This document shows, piece after piece, positions 38,471 through 47,127 of a DNA stretch of 64,000 nucleotides (positions are counted from its first letter, which is position 1; every line of letters begins with the position of its first letter). A model generated the notes under the pieces. The model was given only the letters and a program-made list of their open reading frames with translations, did no database searches and was not told the DNA's origin. The translations under genes and the position numbers were made by a program. The stretch is from Candidatus Multivoradales bacterium (GTDB lineage: Bacteria > Acidobacteriota > Thermoanaerobaculia > Multivoradales > JAHEKO01): NCBI GenBank assembly GCA_965212505.1, contig OZ243123.1:4944313-5008312 (forward strand), read 5' to 3'.

Positions 38471-40122
38471 GGCAGGTTCTTGGACTCGCGTCGTTGCTCC
38501 TGCTCGCAGCCCTTCCGGTCGGCGCGGAGGAGCCCTGGTTCGAAGAGGTGGCGGCGGCGAGCGGTCTCGACTTCGTGCACGAGTCGGGGCACGAGCCGGG
38601 ACAATTCCTCTTTCCCGAGATTCACGCGGGCGGCGCAGCGCTCTTCGATGCCGATCAGGACGGCGACCTAGACGCCTATCTCGTGCAGGGTGGCAACCTG
38701 ACGACCCCTGCCGCCGAGCGCCCAGGAAATCGGCTCTTCCTGAACCGAGGCGACGGCACCTTCGAAGACGCGACCGAGAAGAGTGGTGCGGACGACCGAG
38801 GGTTCGGCATGGGCGTAGCCGCGGGCGACTACGACGGCGACGGCCGAACCGACCTCTACGTCACCAATGTCGGACCGAACGTCCTGCTGCGCAATCTCGG
38901 CGGTGGCAGGTTTGAAGACGTCACGACCACGGCCGGAGTCGGAGCCGACGGCTGGGGTTCGAGCGCGGCGTTTGTCGACTACGACCTCGACGGCGACCTC
39001 GACCTCTTCACGATCAACTACCTCCACTGGAGCGCGTCGGACGAGACCGAATGTTTCGACGCCACCGGTCGACGAACCTATTGCGGCCCGGCGAACTACA
39101 GCGCCCCCGCTCCCGACGTGCTCTACCGCAACGAGGGCGACGGTCGATTCACCGATGTCACTGTCCCGGCGGGAATGTCGGTCGCCTTCGGTACCGGTCT
39201 CGGCGTGGTCACCGGCGACTTCGACGCCAACGGCTGGCCTGACCTCTTTGTCGCCAACGACAACATGCTCGACCAGCTCTGGCTCAACCAGGGCGACGGC
39301 ACGTTCCGCGAAGAGGCGATCTTCCGAGGCGCAGCCGCAGACGCGAGCGGCAAGCCGAAGGCGGGTATGGGGGTGGCGGCGGCCGACGTCGACAGCGACG
39401 GTGATCTGGACCTGGTCGTCTGCAACCTCGCCGGCGAGAGCGACTCGCTCTTCCTGAACGACGGCGGCTACTTCTCCGATCGCACCGGTGCCAGCGGTCT
39501 CGGGGCCGTGTCGCGCGCTCTCACTCGGTTCGGTATGGGGTGGATCGACTTCGACAACGACGGCACGCTTGACCTCTACCAGGCGAACGGCGCCATCGCG
39601 CGGCAGGGGCGGATCTTTGTTGAGTCTGATCCGTTCGCAGAACCGAATCTAGTGATCCGGGGAAAGCCCGGTCCGAAGTACGAGGAGGTGACCCCGCGCG
39701 GCGGCACGGAGGAGCTGCTGATCGCGACGAGTCGCGCCGCGGCGTTCGGGGATGTCGACGGCGACGGAGGCATCGACGTCCTGGTGGTCAACCGCGACGG
39801 ACCGACCTACCTGCTCCGGAACCGGGCGCCCGGGCGAGGCGGAGCTCTGCGCGTCGACGTTCAGACGACCGCCGGTGCGCCAGCACTCGGTGCGGTTGTC
39901 TCAGCGACCGTCGGAGGGAACACGCTCTCTCGAGAGGTGCGCTCCGCGTACAGCTACCAGGCCTCGAACGAACCGACAGTTCACTTCGGGCTCGGTGCGC
40001 AGTCGAAGATAGAGGCGCTCGAGGTGAGTTGGCCTGACGGTACGCGTCGCTGCTTCGGCGAGCGGCCGGCCTCCCGGCTGGTCGTCAAGCCGACCGACGG
40101 GTCGCTCTGCCAAGGGGGCTGA
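38467..40122 (+). CDS. Secreted CRTAC1-family protein (FG-GAP/VCBS repeats + ASPIC/UnbV domain)
   Basis: GTG in a GTGA overlap with the TPR gene stop. Signal peptide (M)RQVLGLASLLLLAALPVGA. Repeated FDADQDGDLD / GDYDGDGRTDLY / GDFDANGWPDLF / DVDSDGDLDL / GDVDGDGGIDV motifs. C-terminal UnbV_ASPIC-like region. Confidence 0.75.
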   Translation: MRQVLGLASLLLLAALPVGAEEPWFEEVAAASGLDFVHESGHEPGQFLFPEIHAGGAALFDADQDGDLDAYLVQGGNLTTPAAERPGNRLFLNRGDGTFEDATEKSGADDRGFGMGVAAGDYDGDGRTDLYVTNVGPNVLLRNLGGGRFEDVTTTAGVGADGWGSSAAFVDYDLDGDLDLFTINYLHWSASDETECFDATGRRTYCGPANYSAPAPDVLYRNEGDGRFTDVTVPAGMSVAFGTGLGVVTGDFDANGWPDLFVANDNMLDQLWLNQGDGTFREEAIFRGAAADASGKPKAGMGVAAADVDSDGDLDLVVCNLAGESDSLFLNDGGYFSDRTGASGLGAVSRALTRFGMGWIDFDNDGTLDLYQANGAIARQGRIFVESDPFAEPNLVIRGKPGPKYEEVTPRGGTEELLIATSRAAAFGDVDGDGGIDVLVVNRDGPTYLLRNRAPGRGGALRVDVQTTAGAPALGAVVSATVGGNTLSREVRSAYSYQASNEPTVHFGLGAQSKIEALEVSWPDGTRRCFGERPASRLVVKPTDGSLCQGG

Positions 40123-40339
40123 GCGCCGCCAGGCACCAGGACGCCGCTAGCTGGCAAACGCGTTCGAATCCAGCTTGGGACACCAATGTCGCTGGAGGGG
40201 CGTGCGAGGTCTGCGAACTCTTCGACTGTGGTCGTCTAACCTTCTAGCAGTTGCGCGCGTCCCCCAGGCGGGAATGACTCGCGTGCCAACGACCTTCCGC
40301 CAGCAGGCGCAGAGCGTCTCAGGTAGAGAGGATGGGACT

Positions 40340-41284
40340 ATGGCAGCCGCGAAGACGCCACGTATCTGGTTTCGAGTGAAGGGGGCGTTCGAACAGGGAC
40401 TGGATGCGTCTGCTGTCCTCGGCGGAGAGTGCTGCCTGTTCGAGACGGAGACGGCTCGAGGAGTCGAGTGCTCGTGGAACGGAGAGCGACCCGCTTCGCT
40501 CAAATGTCCCTGCATGAGCGAACTGAGAGCGCTCGCCGTGCTTTGCTCAAGGGTGTACGGGAAGGCCGAGGCAAAGCAGATCGTTGCTCCCGAAGGATGG
40601 CAGCCTCTGCCGCTTCCGGAACTCAGTGCGAAACGTCGACGCCGGTGGACTCTTCCCGGACTGCATGCGGAACTCTGGTATCGAACACACCCTGGAGAAC
40701 TTGTCAGGGCTGTGCTCGTGTTCCGCGGCACAACCGGCTCCTGGGACTGGTTTGCGAACCTGCGGTGGTTCCGGTTCGTCACGCGGTTCTTCGTCTATGA
40801 CCACTATCACCAGACGAGAGATCTCATCAAGCCAGCGCTCGCATTGCTGGACGAGACTTTCGCGGGCAGGAAGCTCTTTGTCGAGGCTGCCGGTCACTCT
40901 CTAGGAGGAGGACTCGCCCAATACGCAGCGACGTCCTCTCCTCGAATTCGAACAGCGTACGCCTTCCATTCCTCGCCGGTAACTGGCTTCTTCGGAGTAC
41001 CAAAGCGAGAGCGCGACGAAAACGTGAAGGGGCTGACCACGTTTCGCGTCCATCAGAAAGGTGAGATCCTCGAGGCGGCGAGGCTCCTGCTTCGCCGCTT
41101 TGTCTTTGAAGGCATCCTCAGACCGTGGCGACCGAAGAACGTAGACCCGTGCGTGGCCGTTCTACGTGTCGATATTCCGATGAAGAAGGGTCCGATCGCT
41201 CGGCACGATATCGGTGTGTTCGCAGAGGCACTGAGCGCAGTCCCGAGGGTATCTCCAGAGCAGGAACCGGGGGACAGTTCTTAA
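40340..41284 (+). CDS. Lipase class 3 family alpha/beta-hydrolase, no signal peptide, in a lower-GC segment
   Basis: Trimmed to ATG 40340. VLVFRGTTGSWDWFANL and nucleophile elbow AAGHSLGGGLAQYAA (GxSxG) typical of Lipase_3. Cys-rich N-terminal 70 aa. Confidence 0.55.
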   Translation: MAAAKTPRIWFRVKGAFEQGLDASAVLGGECCLFETETARGVECSWNGERPASLKCPCMSELRALAVLCSRVYGKAEAKQIVAPEGWQPLPLPELSAKRRRRWTLPGLHAELWYRTHPGELVRAVLVFRGTTGSWDWFANLRWFRFVTRFFVYDHYHQTRDLIKPALALLDETFAGRKLFVEAAGHSLGGGLAQYAATSSPRIRTAYAFHSSPVTGFFGVPKRERDENVKGLTTFRVHQKGEILEAARLLLRRFVFEGILRPWRPKNVDPCVAVLRVDIPMKKGPIARHDIGVFAEALSAVPRVSPEQEPGDSS

Positions 41285-41329
41285 TTCTGCTGGGGGCGTG
41301 CTCGACCCTAACAACGGATGGAGCGAGAG

Positions 41330-42604
41330 CTAAGGAGTCACCGTCGGAGCCGGGTTCCGGTGCGCAACAACGCCGTTCTTGACTACCACCCGCACCAGGT
41401 TCACCCCGTAGTGGTAGGCGAGATGTAGCAGGTTGGGCGCGTCGAGGATCAGAAGGTCAGCGCGCTTGCCCTCTTCGACCGAGCCGATCGAGTCGCCCAT
41501 GCCGAGTGCGCAGGCGGCGTTGAGCGTCGCTCCGGTCAGCGCCTCTTCGATCGTCAGCCCGAGCTCGAAGACCGCGAGCACAAAGACCATGGGCATCGAC
41601 TCGGTGAACGACGAGCCCGGGTTGCAGTCGGTGGCCAGCGCGATTGGAACGCCGGCGTCGATCATGCGGCGGGCCGGGGCGTAGGTGTGCTTCATGAGGA
41701 AGAAGCTGGTGCCGGGGAGGAGGGTTGCGACCACTCCGCTGCCGGCGAGCGCCTCGATGCCGGCCTCCGAGATGGCGATGAGGTGGTCGGCGGAGAGCGC
41801 GCCGAGCTCGGCAGCCAGGCGAGCGCCGCCCGAGTCGACAAACTCGTCGGCGTGAAGCCGGGGCAGCATGCCGTGCTCGCGGGCTGCGACGAGCACACGC
41901 CTCGACTCGTCGACGGTGAAGACGCCGTGCTCACAGAAGACGTCCGAGAAGCGCGCCAGCTTCGATTCGGCCACGGCCGGCACGATCTCTTGGCAGACCA
42001 GGTCGATGTAGCGATCTCGGTCGTCGCGATACTCGGGTGGAATCTCGTGCGCGGCCATCAAGGTGGGCACGAGGTCGACGGGGTGTGCGTCGGACGCTGT
42101 GCGAATCGCGCGTAGCTGCTTGAGCTCGTCGTCGGTGGAGAGTCCGTAGCCGCTCTTGGCTTCGGCGGTGGTGGTGCCGGAGGTGAGCATCCAGTCGAGG
42201 CGCTTCGCGACCTGATCGTTCAGCTCACCCTCGGATGCCTCGCGGGTCGAGCGGACGGTCGAGAGGATGCCACCGCCCTCGGCGGCGATCTCCATATAGC
42301 TCTTGCCGGCGAGTCTCTGAGAGAACTCGTGCTCGCGACTTCCGGCCCACGGAAGGTGAGTGTGCGGGTCGACGAAGCCGGGCACCACGGTGCCGCCGTC
42401 GGCATCGAGTCGTGCGGCGCCCTCGAGCTCTCCGAAACGCTCGCGGCGCTCCTCGGGAGATCCCACGAATGCGATCTTGCCGTCTCGGCAGAGAACTTCG
42501 GGGCGCTCGATTCGGCGTACGCGCCCCTGCTCCGGTCCGCGAAGAGGTCCGGGGCCTGTCGGTGTCGCGACTTCGGCGACGTTGTGAATCAGAAGGTCGC
42601 TCAC
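41330..42604 (-). CDS. hutI: Imidazolonepropionase
   Basis: GTG start. Characteristic HutI sequence (GFVDPHTHLPWAGSREHEF…, …LHADEF…, …ALATDCNPGSS…). Confidence 0.8.
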   Translation of the reverse strand: MSDLLIHNVAEVATPTGPGPLRGPEQGRVRRIERPEVLCRDGKIAFVGSPEERRERFGELEGAARLDADGGTVVPGFVDPHTHLPWAGSREHEFSQRLAGKSYMEIAAEGGGILSTVRSTREASEGELNDQVAKRLDWMLTSGTTTAEAKSGYGLSTDDELKQLRAIRTASDAHPVDLVPTLMAAHEIPPEYRDDRDRYIDLVCQEIVPAVAESKLARFSDVFCEHGVFTVDESRRVLVAAREHGMLPRLHADEFVDSGGARLAAELGALSADHLIAISEAGIEALAGSGVVATLLPGTSFFLMKHTYAPARRMIDAGVPIALATDCNPGSSFTESMPMVFVLAVFELGLTIEEALTGATLNAACALGMGDSIGSVEEGKRADLLILDAPNLLHLAYHYGVNLVRVVVKNGVVAHRNPAPTVTP

Positions 42605-42669
42605 GTCGTCGAGTCTAGCCCGCGTTTCTCACTCGCGTCCGCTCGCGCGGCCAGCCGTTAGAGAGCGGG

Positions 42670-43335
42670 CTAGCCGCCCAGACCGACGCGTTCTCTCGCG
42701 AGACTACGAACTTCGCCAAAGAGCCAGCTCTCTACTTCTGCCCACGAAGGTCCGTCGACGAGCTGCGGCATCGGATCGCGCTCGACCAGAGAAAGGTCCG
42801 CCAACCCCTTGAGGGCTTGGAGCTGGAAGTCGCGAACGTGGCCGAACTTGTCTTCCGATCGATCGAGCACTTCTGCGATCTGGACGTTGCGGCAGAGGAG
42901 GTAGAGGTCGACAAAATCGCGACGGGTGCCGCGGCTGATGATGGCGCCCAGCTTCATCAGTGCCAGGTCGATCTCCGAGGCGACCGCCAAACCGTCGGCG
43001 CTCTCGTGGGGCTCGATCGAGGGGTAGGGGTAGTAGAAGAGTCGGAGGCCGACGCCGCTGCCGAGTCTGGCGAAGAGGTAGCCGTCGCGCGCGGTCTCGA
43101 CGCGGCTCGTTTCGTCCATCTCGAGTAGGTCGCCGAGCAGGTCACGGCGGTCGGCGCTCGCAAGACGATTGGTCGAGCTCATCAGGTCGAGGCCGCGCAC
43201 CACCCGGTGTCCGCGGTAGAGAGCCAACGCCGCTGAGCCGGCGAGATAGAAGTCGTCGGCCCACGAGCGGTTCGCCAGGCCGCGTAGCGCTTCGGCCGTC
43301 TCGTCGGTCAGGGTTCCTGGCAGCTGGATCGTCAC
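42670..43335 (-). CDS. AbiEii/DUF1814-like nucleotidyltransferase-fold protein
   Basis: Trimmed to GTG 43335, in a GTGA overlap with the upstream small ORF. N-terminal DFYLAGSAALALYRGHRVVRGLDL (compare LKGGTAL…R.SxDxD) and C-terminal RRDFVDLYLLC (compare RDlYDlyyll). Second Asp of DxD not conserved. Confidence 0.45.
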   Translation of the reverse strand: MTIQLPGTLTDETAEALRGLANRSWADDFYLAGSAALALYRGHRVVRGLDLMSSTNRLASADRRDLLGDLLEMDETSRVETARDGYLFARLGSGVGLRLFYYPYPSIEPHESADGLAVASEIDLALMKLGAIISRGTRRDFVDLYLLCRNVQIAEVLDRSEDKFGHVRDFQLQALKGLADLSLVERDPMPQLVDGPSWAEVESWLFGEVRSLARERVGLGG

Positions 43336-43607
43336 AGCAGCCAGAGCTCCTGCGAGGTTTCGCTGCGAGGCGAGAGCGGCACGTTCAGCACCAAGCTCCA
43401 GAAAGCTCGGCTGCGGTCGGAAAGGCGCCGAGCGCCTCGGCTCTCGAGCCACTCCGCAAGGCGGCTCTCCGAAACCTGCTCGGTCAGCCACCCGAGGTCG
43501 TGTCGATCGCCGTCCTCGAGGAGTCGCTCGAGGAGCTCGTTGTCGCTTGCGTCGAGTTCGGGCTCCGCGCCGGGGAAGAGGCGCCGGGTACCGGTCGGGA
43601 GCGTCAC
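43332..43607 (-). CDS. Hypothetical 91-aa protein translationally coupled between yggT and the AbiEii-like gene
   Basis: GTG 43607 overlaps the yggT stop (GTGA). Its own stop overlaps the downstream GTG (GTGA). The longer track ORF 43332..43787 is rejected because it overlaps yggT in another frame. Confidence 0.4.
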   Translation of the reverse strand: MTLPTGTRRLFPGAEPELDASDNELLERLLEDGDRHDLGWLTEQVSESRLAEWLESRGARRLSDRSRAFWSLVLNVPLSPRSETSQELWLL

Positions 43608-43852
43608 CAGCTGAGCCGAATGAGAACGTACTTGGCGATCTGGATCAGCACGATCGCCAGGATGGGAGAGATGTCGATGTTGCCGACGCCGCCCGGGGAG
43701 AGCACCTGGCGCAGCGGTCGGAGTACCGGCTCGGTCGCCGCGTGAAGGAAGCGAACGATCGGGTTGCGCAGGTCGTTGGAGACCCACGAGACCAGGGCGC
43801 GCGCGATGATGACCCAGGCGTAGAGGTTCAGCAGGAGGATCAGTAGGCGCAT
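43604..43852 (-). CDS. yggT: YggT-family membrane protein
   Basis: MRLLILLLNLYAWVIIARALVSW…TEPVLRPLRQVLSPGGVGNIDISPILAIVLI matches the YggT consensus. Confidence 0.75.
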   Translation of the reverse strand: MRLLILLLNLYAWVIIARALVSWVSNDLRNPIVRFLHAATEPVLRPLRQVLSPGGVGNIDISPILAIVLIQIAKYVLIRLSW

Positions 43853-43868
43853 CGCGGGCGCGATCCTC

Positions 43869-44549
43869 TCACGAGCGCTCGCCGAAGAGGAGCGTGCCGA
43901 CGCGCACGTGGGTCGCGCCCTCCTCGATGGCGATCTCGAAGTCGCCGCTCATACCCATCGAGAGCCAGCCGGGGAAGTCGGTCCAGTCCGGTTGTTCGCG
44001 AAGCTCGTCGCGCAGCGTTCTGAGTTGGGCGAACCAGCCGCGCGCCGCCGACTCATCCGACTCTCTCGGGGGAATTGCCATCAGTCCGACGATGCGTAGC
44101 GCCTCGAGACCCGCGAGCTCGCGAGCCGCCCCGATCACAGCATCGGGGTCGAAGCCATGTTTGGACGGCTCCCTCCCGAGGTTGACCTCGAGCAGGCCCT
44201 CGAGCGGTTGGTCGCGTTTCGCCGCCTCGCGGTCGAGGACACGTGCAATCTTGAGGCGATCGATGGAGTGGACCACCGAGAAGAGCTCGACCGCCTTCTT
44301 CGCCTTGTTGGATTGGAGTGGGCCGATCAGATGCCATTCGAGCCCGTCGAGATGCTCGCGCTTCGCCTGAGCCTCTTGAACGCGATTCTCACCCACCACT
44401 CGCAGGCCGGCGTCCCGAGCCGCCACGACCTTCTCGATCGGCTGGCGCTTGGCGGCGCCGACGAGGGTGACCTCGTCGGGCGAGCGTCCGGAGCGTCGAC
44501 AGGCTTCGGCGATTCGCGACCGGATGGTGGCGAGGCGCTCCTCGACCAT
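43869..44549 (-). CDS. yggS: YggS-family pyridoxal-phosphate homeostasis protein
   Basis: Trimmed to ATG 44549 (MVEERLATIRSRIAEA…). TLVGAAKRQP (PLP-lysine region). …HLIGPLQSNKAK…. The low-complexity N-terminal extension was rejected. Confidence 0.8.
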   Translation of the reverse strand: MVEERLATIRSRIAEACRRSGRSPDEVTLVGAAKRQPIEKVVAARDAGLRVVGENRVQEAQAKREHLDGLEWHLIGPLQSNKAKKAVELFSVVHSIDRLKIARVLDREAAKRDQPLEGLLEVNLGREPSKHGFDPDAVIGAARELAGLEALRIVGLMAIPPRESDESAARGWFAQLRTLRDELREQPDWTDFPGWLSMGMSGDFEIAIEEGATHVRVGTLLFGERS

Positions 44550-44556
44550 GGCGGAA

Positions 44557-45315
44557 CTAGCCTGCGGCTTCTTCGATGAAGAGGATGCGCTTGCAGCTGT
44601 CGCAGAAGACGATGCTGCCGTTGTTCGCAATCTCGACTACCGACTGCGGCCGCACCCGGTAGTGGCAGACGCTGCACGACCAGATTTGCGGTCCTTTACC
44701 GACGCGCTCGATCTTGCGCACTTCGGCGAGCGCGTTGCCGCCGTGACGCTGGACGACTCGCTCGAAGAGCGACAGGCTCGAGGCGGGGAGGCGCTCGCGC
44801 AGGACCGCGATTCGACCCTTGAGCGCCTCGACCTGCTTGGCGACACCCGGCTTCTCAGCCTCCCACTTCTCGAGCTCGGTCTGGTAGCGGCCGTCGAGCT
44901 CGCTGAAGTTCGACTCGAGCTCTTCGAGGGAGCTCTGTGACTCCTCCTGACGCTCGAGCGCCTCGAGCGCCTTCTCTTCGAGGGCCTTGATGGTGTCCTT
45001 GATGGTGTCCATCTCTTGCAGGAGCGCTCCGTACTCGCGCTGGTTGCGGACCGCGGCGATCTGCTCCTGGTAGGTCTGCAGCTTGAGTTGCGAGTCCTGA
45101 ACATCGGCCTCGGCCTGCCGGCGCTCGCTGGCCGCCTCTTCGATCAAGCCCTTGAGAGCCTCTATCTCGGCCTTGCGGCCCGAGTGCTCCTCGTGGAGCT
45201 CTTGCATCCAGTCGGGAATGCCGTGCAGTCGCTCGTCTGCTTGGCTCAGCTCACTCAGAGCCTTCTGCAGATCGATGACGCTGTCGAGAGGACGCTCCAT
45301 GCTTGTCGTGGTCAA
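44557..45315 (-). CDS. Coiled-coil zinc-ribbon protein (COG1579-like)
   Basis: Long heptad-repeat region followed by CSVCHYRV…FCDSCKRIL zinc ribbon. Confidence 0.65.
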   Translation of the reverse strand: MTTTSMERPLDSVIDLQKALSELSQADERLHGIPDWMQELHEEHSGRKAEIEALKGLIEEAASERRQAEADVQDSQLKLQTYQEQIAAVRNQREYGALLQEMDTIKDTIKALEEKALEALERQEESQSSLEELESNFSELDGRYQTELEKWEAEKPGVAKQVEALKGRIAVLRERLPASSLSLFERVVQRHGGNALAEVRKIERVGKGPQIWSCSVCHYRVRPQSVVEIANNGSIVFCDSCKRILFIEEAAG

Positions 45316-45363
45316 ATTGTACTCGCTCGATGCGTGAAGCCAGCCGTTAGGAGGACCCGCTCG

Positions 45364-45436
45364 CCAGGAGATGTGGGTCCACCTGGATTTGAACCAGGGA
45401 CCTGCCGGTTATGAGCCGGATGCTCTAACCGCTGAG
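45364..45436 (-). tRNA. tRNA-Met (anticodon CAT), elongator-type or possibly tRNA-Ile2
   Basis: Reverse complement GGGTCCATAGCTCAGCGGTTAGAGCATCCGGCTCATAACCGGCAGGTCCCTGGTTCAAATCCAGGTGGACCCA folds as a cloverleaf. G1:C72 and no GGG/CCC in the anticodon stem, so not the initiator. CCA not encoded. Confidence 0.8.
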
Positions 45437-45528
45437 CTATGGACCCGTGCCTCCCCGACGGGGGCAGCCAGTATATCCAGTCGCCCCCCGCACGTCACCC
45501 GCGGGAACTGAGTCGGACTACGGGCGAA

Positions 45529-47127
45529 CTACATGCCGAGGAGGTTCTCGTCGCCACCGGCGAGGATGCGGACGAGCGCCTCCTTGAAGTAGTCGTTTTC
45601 GGCGCGAATCTGGGAGTCGATGCGATCTTCGAAGATCTGCCGGGAGCGGTCGATGTCCTCTTGGAGGCGGCGATAGACGTCGCCACCGCGCCGGCCCTGG
45701 TCGACCTGCTCCTCGTTGTAGAGCTTGATCTCCGTCACCAGGAGCCGAGCGAGTCGACGCGCCTCCTCGTGGAGCGCTTCCGAGCCCGCCTCGTTGCCGA
45801 CCTCCTGGGTCGTGAAGGCCCAGCCCGGTCCGCGAACGTCATCTGGTGGCACGACCTGCGTGGAGGAGCCGTCCGCAGCGGGGGCTGGCGCCGCGGGCTC
45901 GGTCGCCGGCTCGGGATCGAGGGCGGGAGTGGGCTCAGCCTCGGCTGGCGCTGCCTCAACCACCGCGGCGGCCTCGGGCTCTGCCGGCTGGTCGAAGGTC
46001 GGCGGGGTCGACATGACGACCGTTTCACTCGCCGGCGGCTCGCTGGGAGTCTCCTCTTCGGCTTCGACACTCAGCTCCGGGAGAGGCTCGACCTCCGGCT
46101 CTGGTTCCGGCTCGGGCTCGACCTCGGGCTCCGGGTCGGCCAGGAGCTCGTCGACGGTCTCTACCGGCTCGGTCACCAGCGGCGCGAGATCTTCGGCCGA
46201 GAGCGTCGGTTCGGAAAGCGCCTCGATCGTCTCGGTGGTCGCCTCCGGTTCCACCGGCGGGTCGAGGTCCGCGATCGGCTCGATGTCGGGGATTTCCGGT
46301 TCCGGCTCGCTCGGCGCCGGCTCGGGCTCGGCGATGACCTCCGGCTCCGGAGTCGCCTCCGGCTCGGGGGCCGGGGGAGCAGGCGGCGGCGTGGGCTCGG
46401 CAGCCGGCGCACTCTCGGTCGCAGCTGCTTCCATGCCCGCGGCTGCCACCGTGAGCGTCGGCGTAGAGCTGCGCTTGCGGACCGGCAGCGTCTCGAGCGT
46501 CTGTCCGGCGACGAAGGTCAGAAGCTGGAGAGCGCTGATATTCAGATGCCCGTCGCCCACGCGGTCGGCGTACAGATAGCCGGCGACGTGATCGCCGAGC
46601 GACAGCGGCAGGAGGGCGCCGACCTGCGGGGCACTGGCGTCGAACTGCGCGCAGAAAGCGGCGCACTCGTCTGCCGAGAGGGCGCGCGTTCCGGCTCCAG
46701 CACGCACCTGGCCCCAAGCCGAGTTGCCGTTCGGTGCCGAGACCGTCGCTCCCTCGAGCGGTTTGCCTGCGTCCTCGAAGCCGAGGCTGCCCCAGCACTT
46801 CTCACCGTCGTCCCGTGTCAGAACAAAGGCGGCGCGCGAGCAGAACCGCCCCGCACCCTCCAGCAAGCCGGCGAGGATGGTCGCCTGTTTGGTCGATCGA
46901 TCGATCCCCGCCGCTGCGAGCTTGAGCTCCTCGAGCGGGTCGAGCTCTCTGCCTGTATCGCCGCCACCGGTACCGGCGGCCTGCGAGCCCCCGGAAGCCA
47001 GACTCTGGACGTCTCGACGCACGCCGTCTATCTGGCTGCTGATCTCAGCTTTCAACGCCTCGGTGACCTTGGCGAGCGGCTCAGCTATCTTGGGGTCCAG
47101 ATCCCGGAATATCTCAGAAGTTGACAT
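45529..47127 (-). CDS. Hypothetical protein with about 200-aa acidic Pro/Glu-rich low-complexity linker
   Basis: ATG 47127 with GGAGGG RBS. Globular N-terminal domain (about 200 aa). PEPEPE/EPEV repeats. Conserved-looking C-terminal about 90 aa (…EIKLYNEEQVDQGRRGGDVYRRLQEDIDRSRQIFEDRI…). The antisense 561-aa ORF is R/G/L-rich junk. Confidence 0.55.
   Translation of the reverse strand: MSTSEIFRDLDPKIAEPLAKVTEALKAEISSQIDGVRRDVQSLASGGSQAAGTGGGDTGRELDPLEELKLAAAGIDRSTKQATILAGLLEGAGRFCSRAAFVLTRDDGEKCWGSLGFEDAGKPLEGATVSAPNGNSAWGQVRAGAGTRALSADECAAFCAQFDASAPQVGALLPLSLGDHVAGYLYADRVGDGHLNISALQLLTFVAGQTLETLPVRKRSSTPTLTVAAAGMEAAATESAPAAEPTPPPAPPAPEPEATPEPEVIAEPEPAPSEPEPEIPDIEPIADLDPPVEPEATTETIEALSEPTLSAEDLAPLVTEPVETVDELLADPEPEVEPEPEPEPEVEPLPELSVEAEEETPSEPPASETVVMSTPPTFDQPAEPEAAAVVEAAPAEAEPTPALDPEPATEPAAPAPAADGSSTQVVPPDDVRGPGWAFTTQEVGNEAGSEALHEEARRLARLLVTEIKLYNEEQVDQGRRGGDVYRRLQEDIDRSRQIFEDRIDSQIRAENDYFKEALVRILAGGDENLLGM

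Noticed and set aside
43332-43787. 151-aa version of the small ORF upstream of the AbiEii-like gene
   Set aside because: It overlaps yggT (43604..43852) on the same strand in another frame. yggT matches its family consensus, so the ORF is shortened to the GTG at 43607.
45364-45436. Initiator tRNA-fMet assignment for the CAT tRNA
   Set aside because: It has a G1:C72 pair and lacks the three consecutive G:C pairs in the anticodon stem, so it is called elongator Met (or possibly Ile2/lysidine), not initiator.
45439-47124. 561-aa plus-strand ORF, and 45725..46579 (+)
   Set aside because: Antisense to the PE-rich protein. Translation is R/L/G junk, whereas the minus-strand frame has RBS and protein-like composition.
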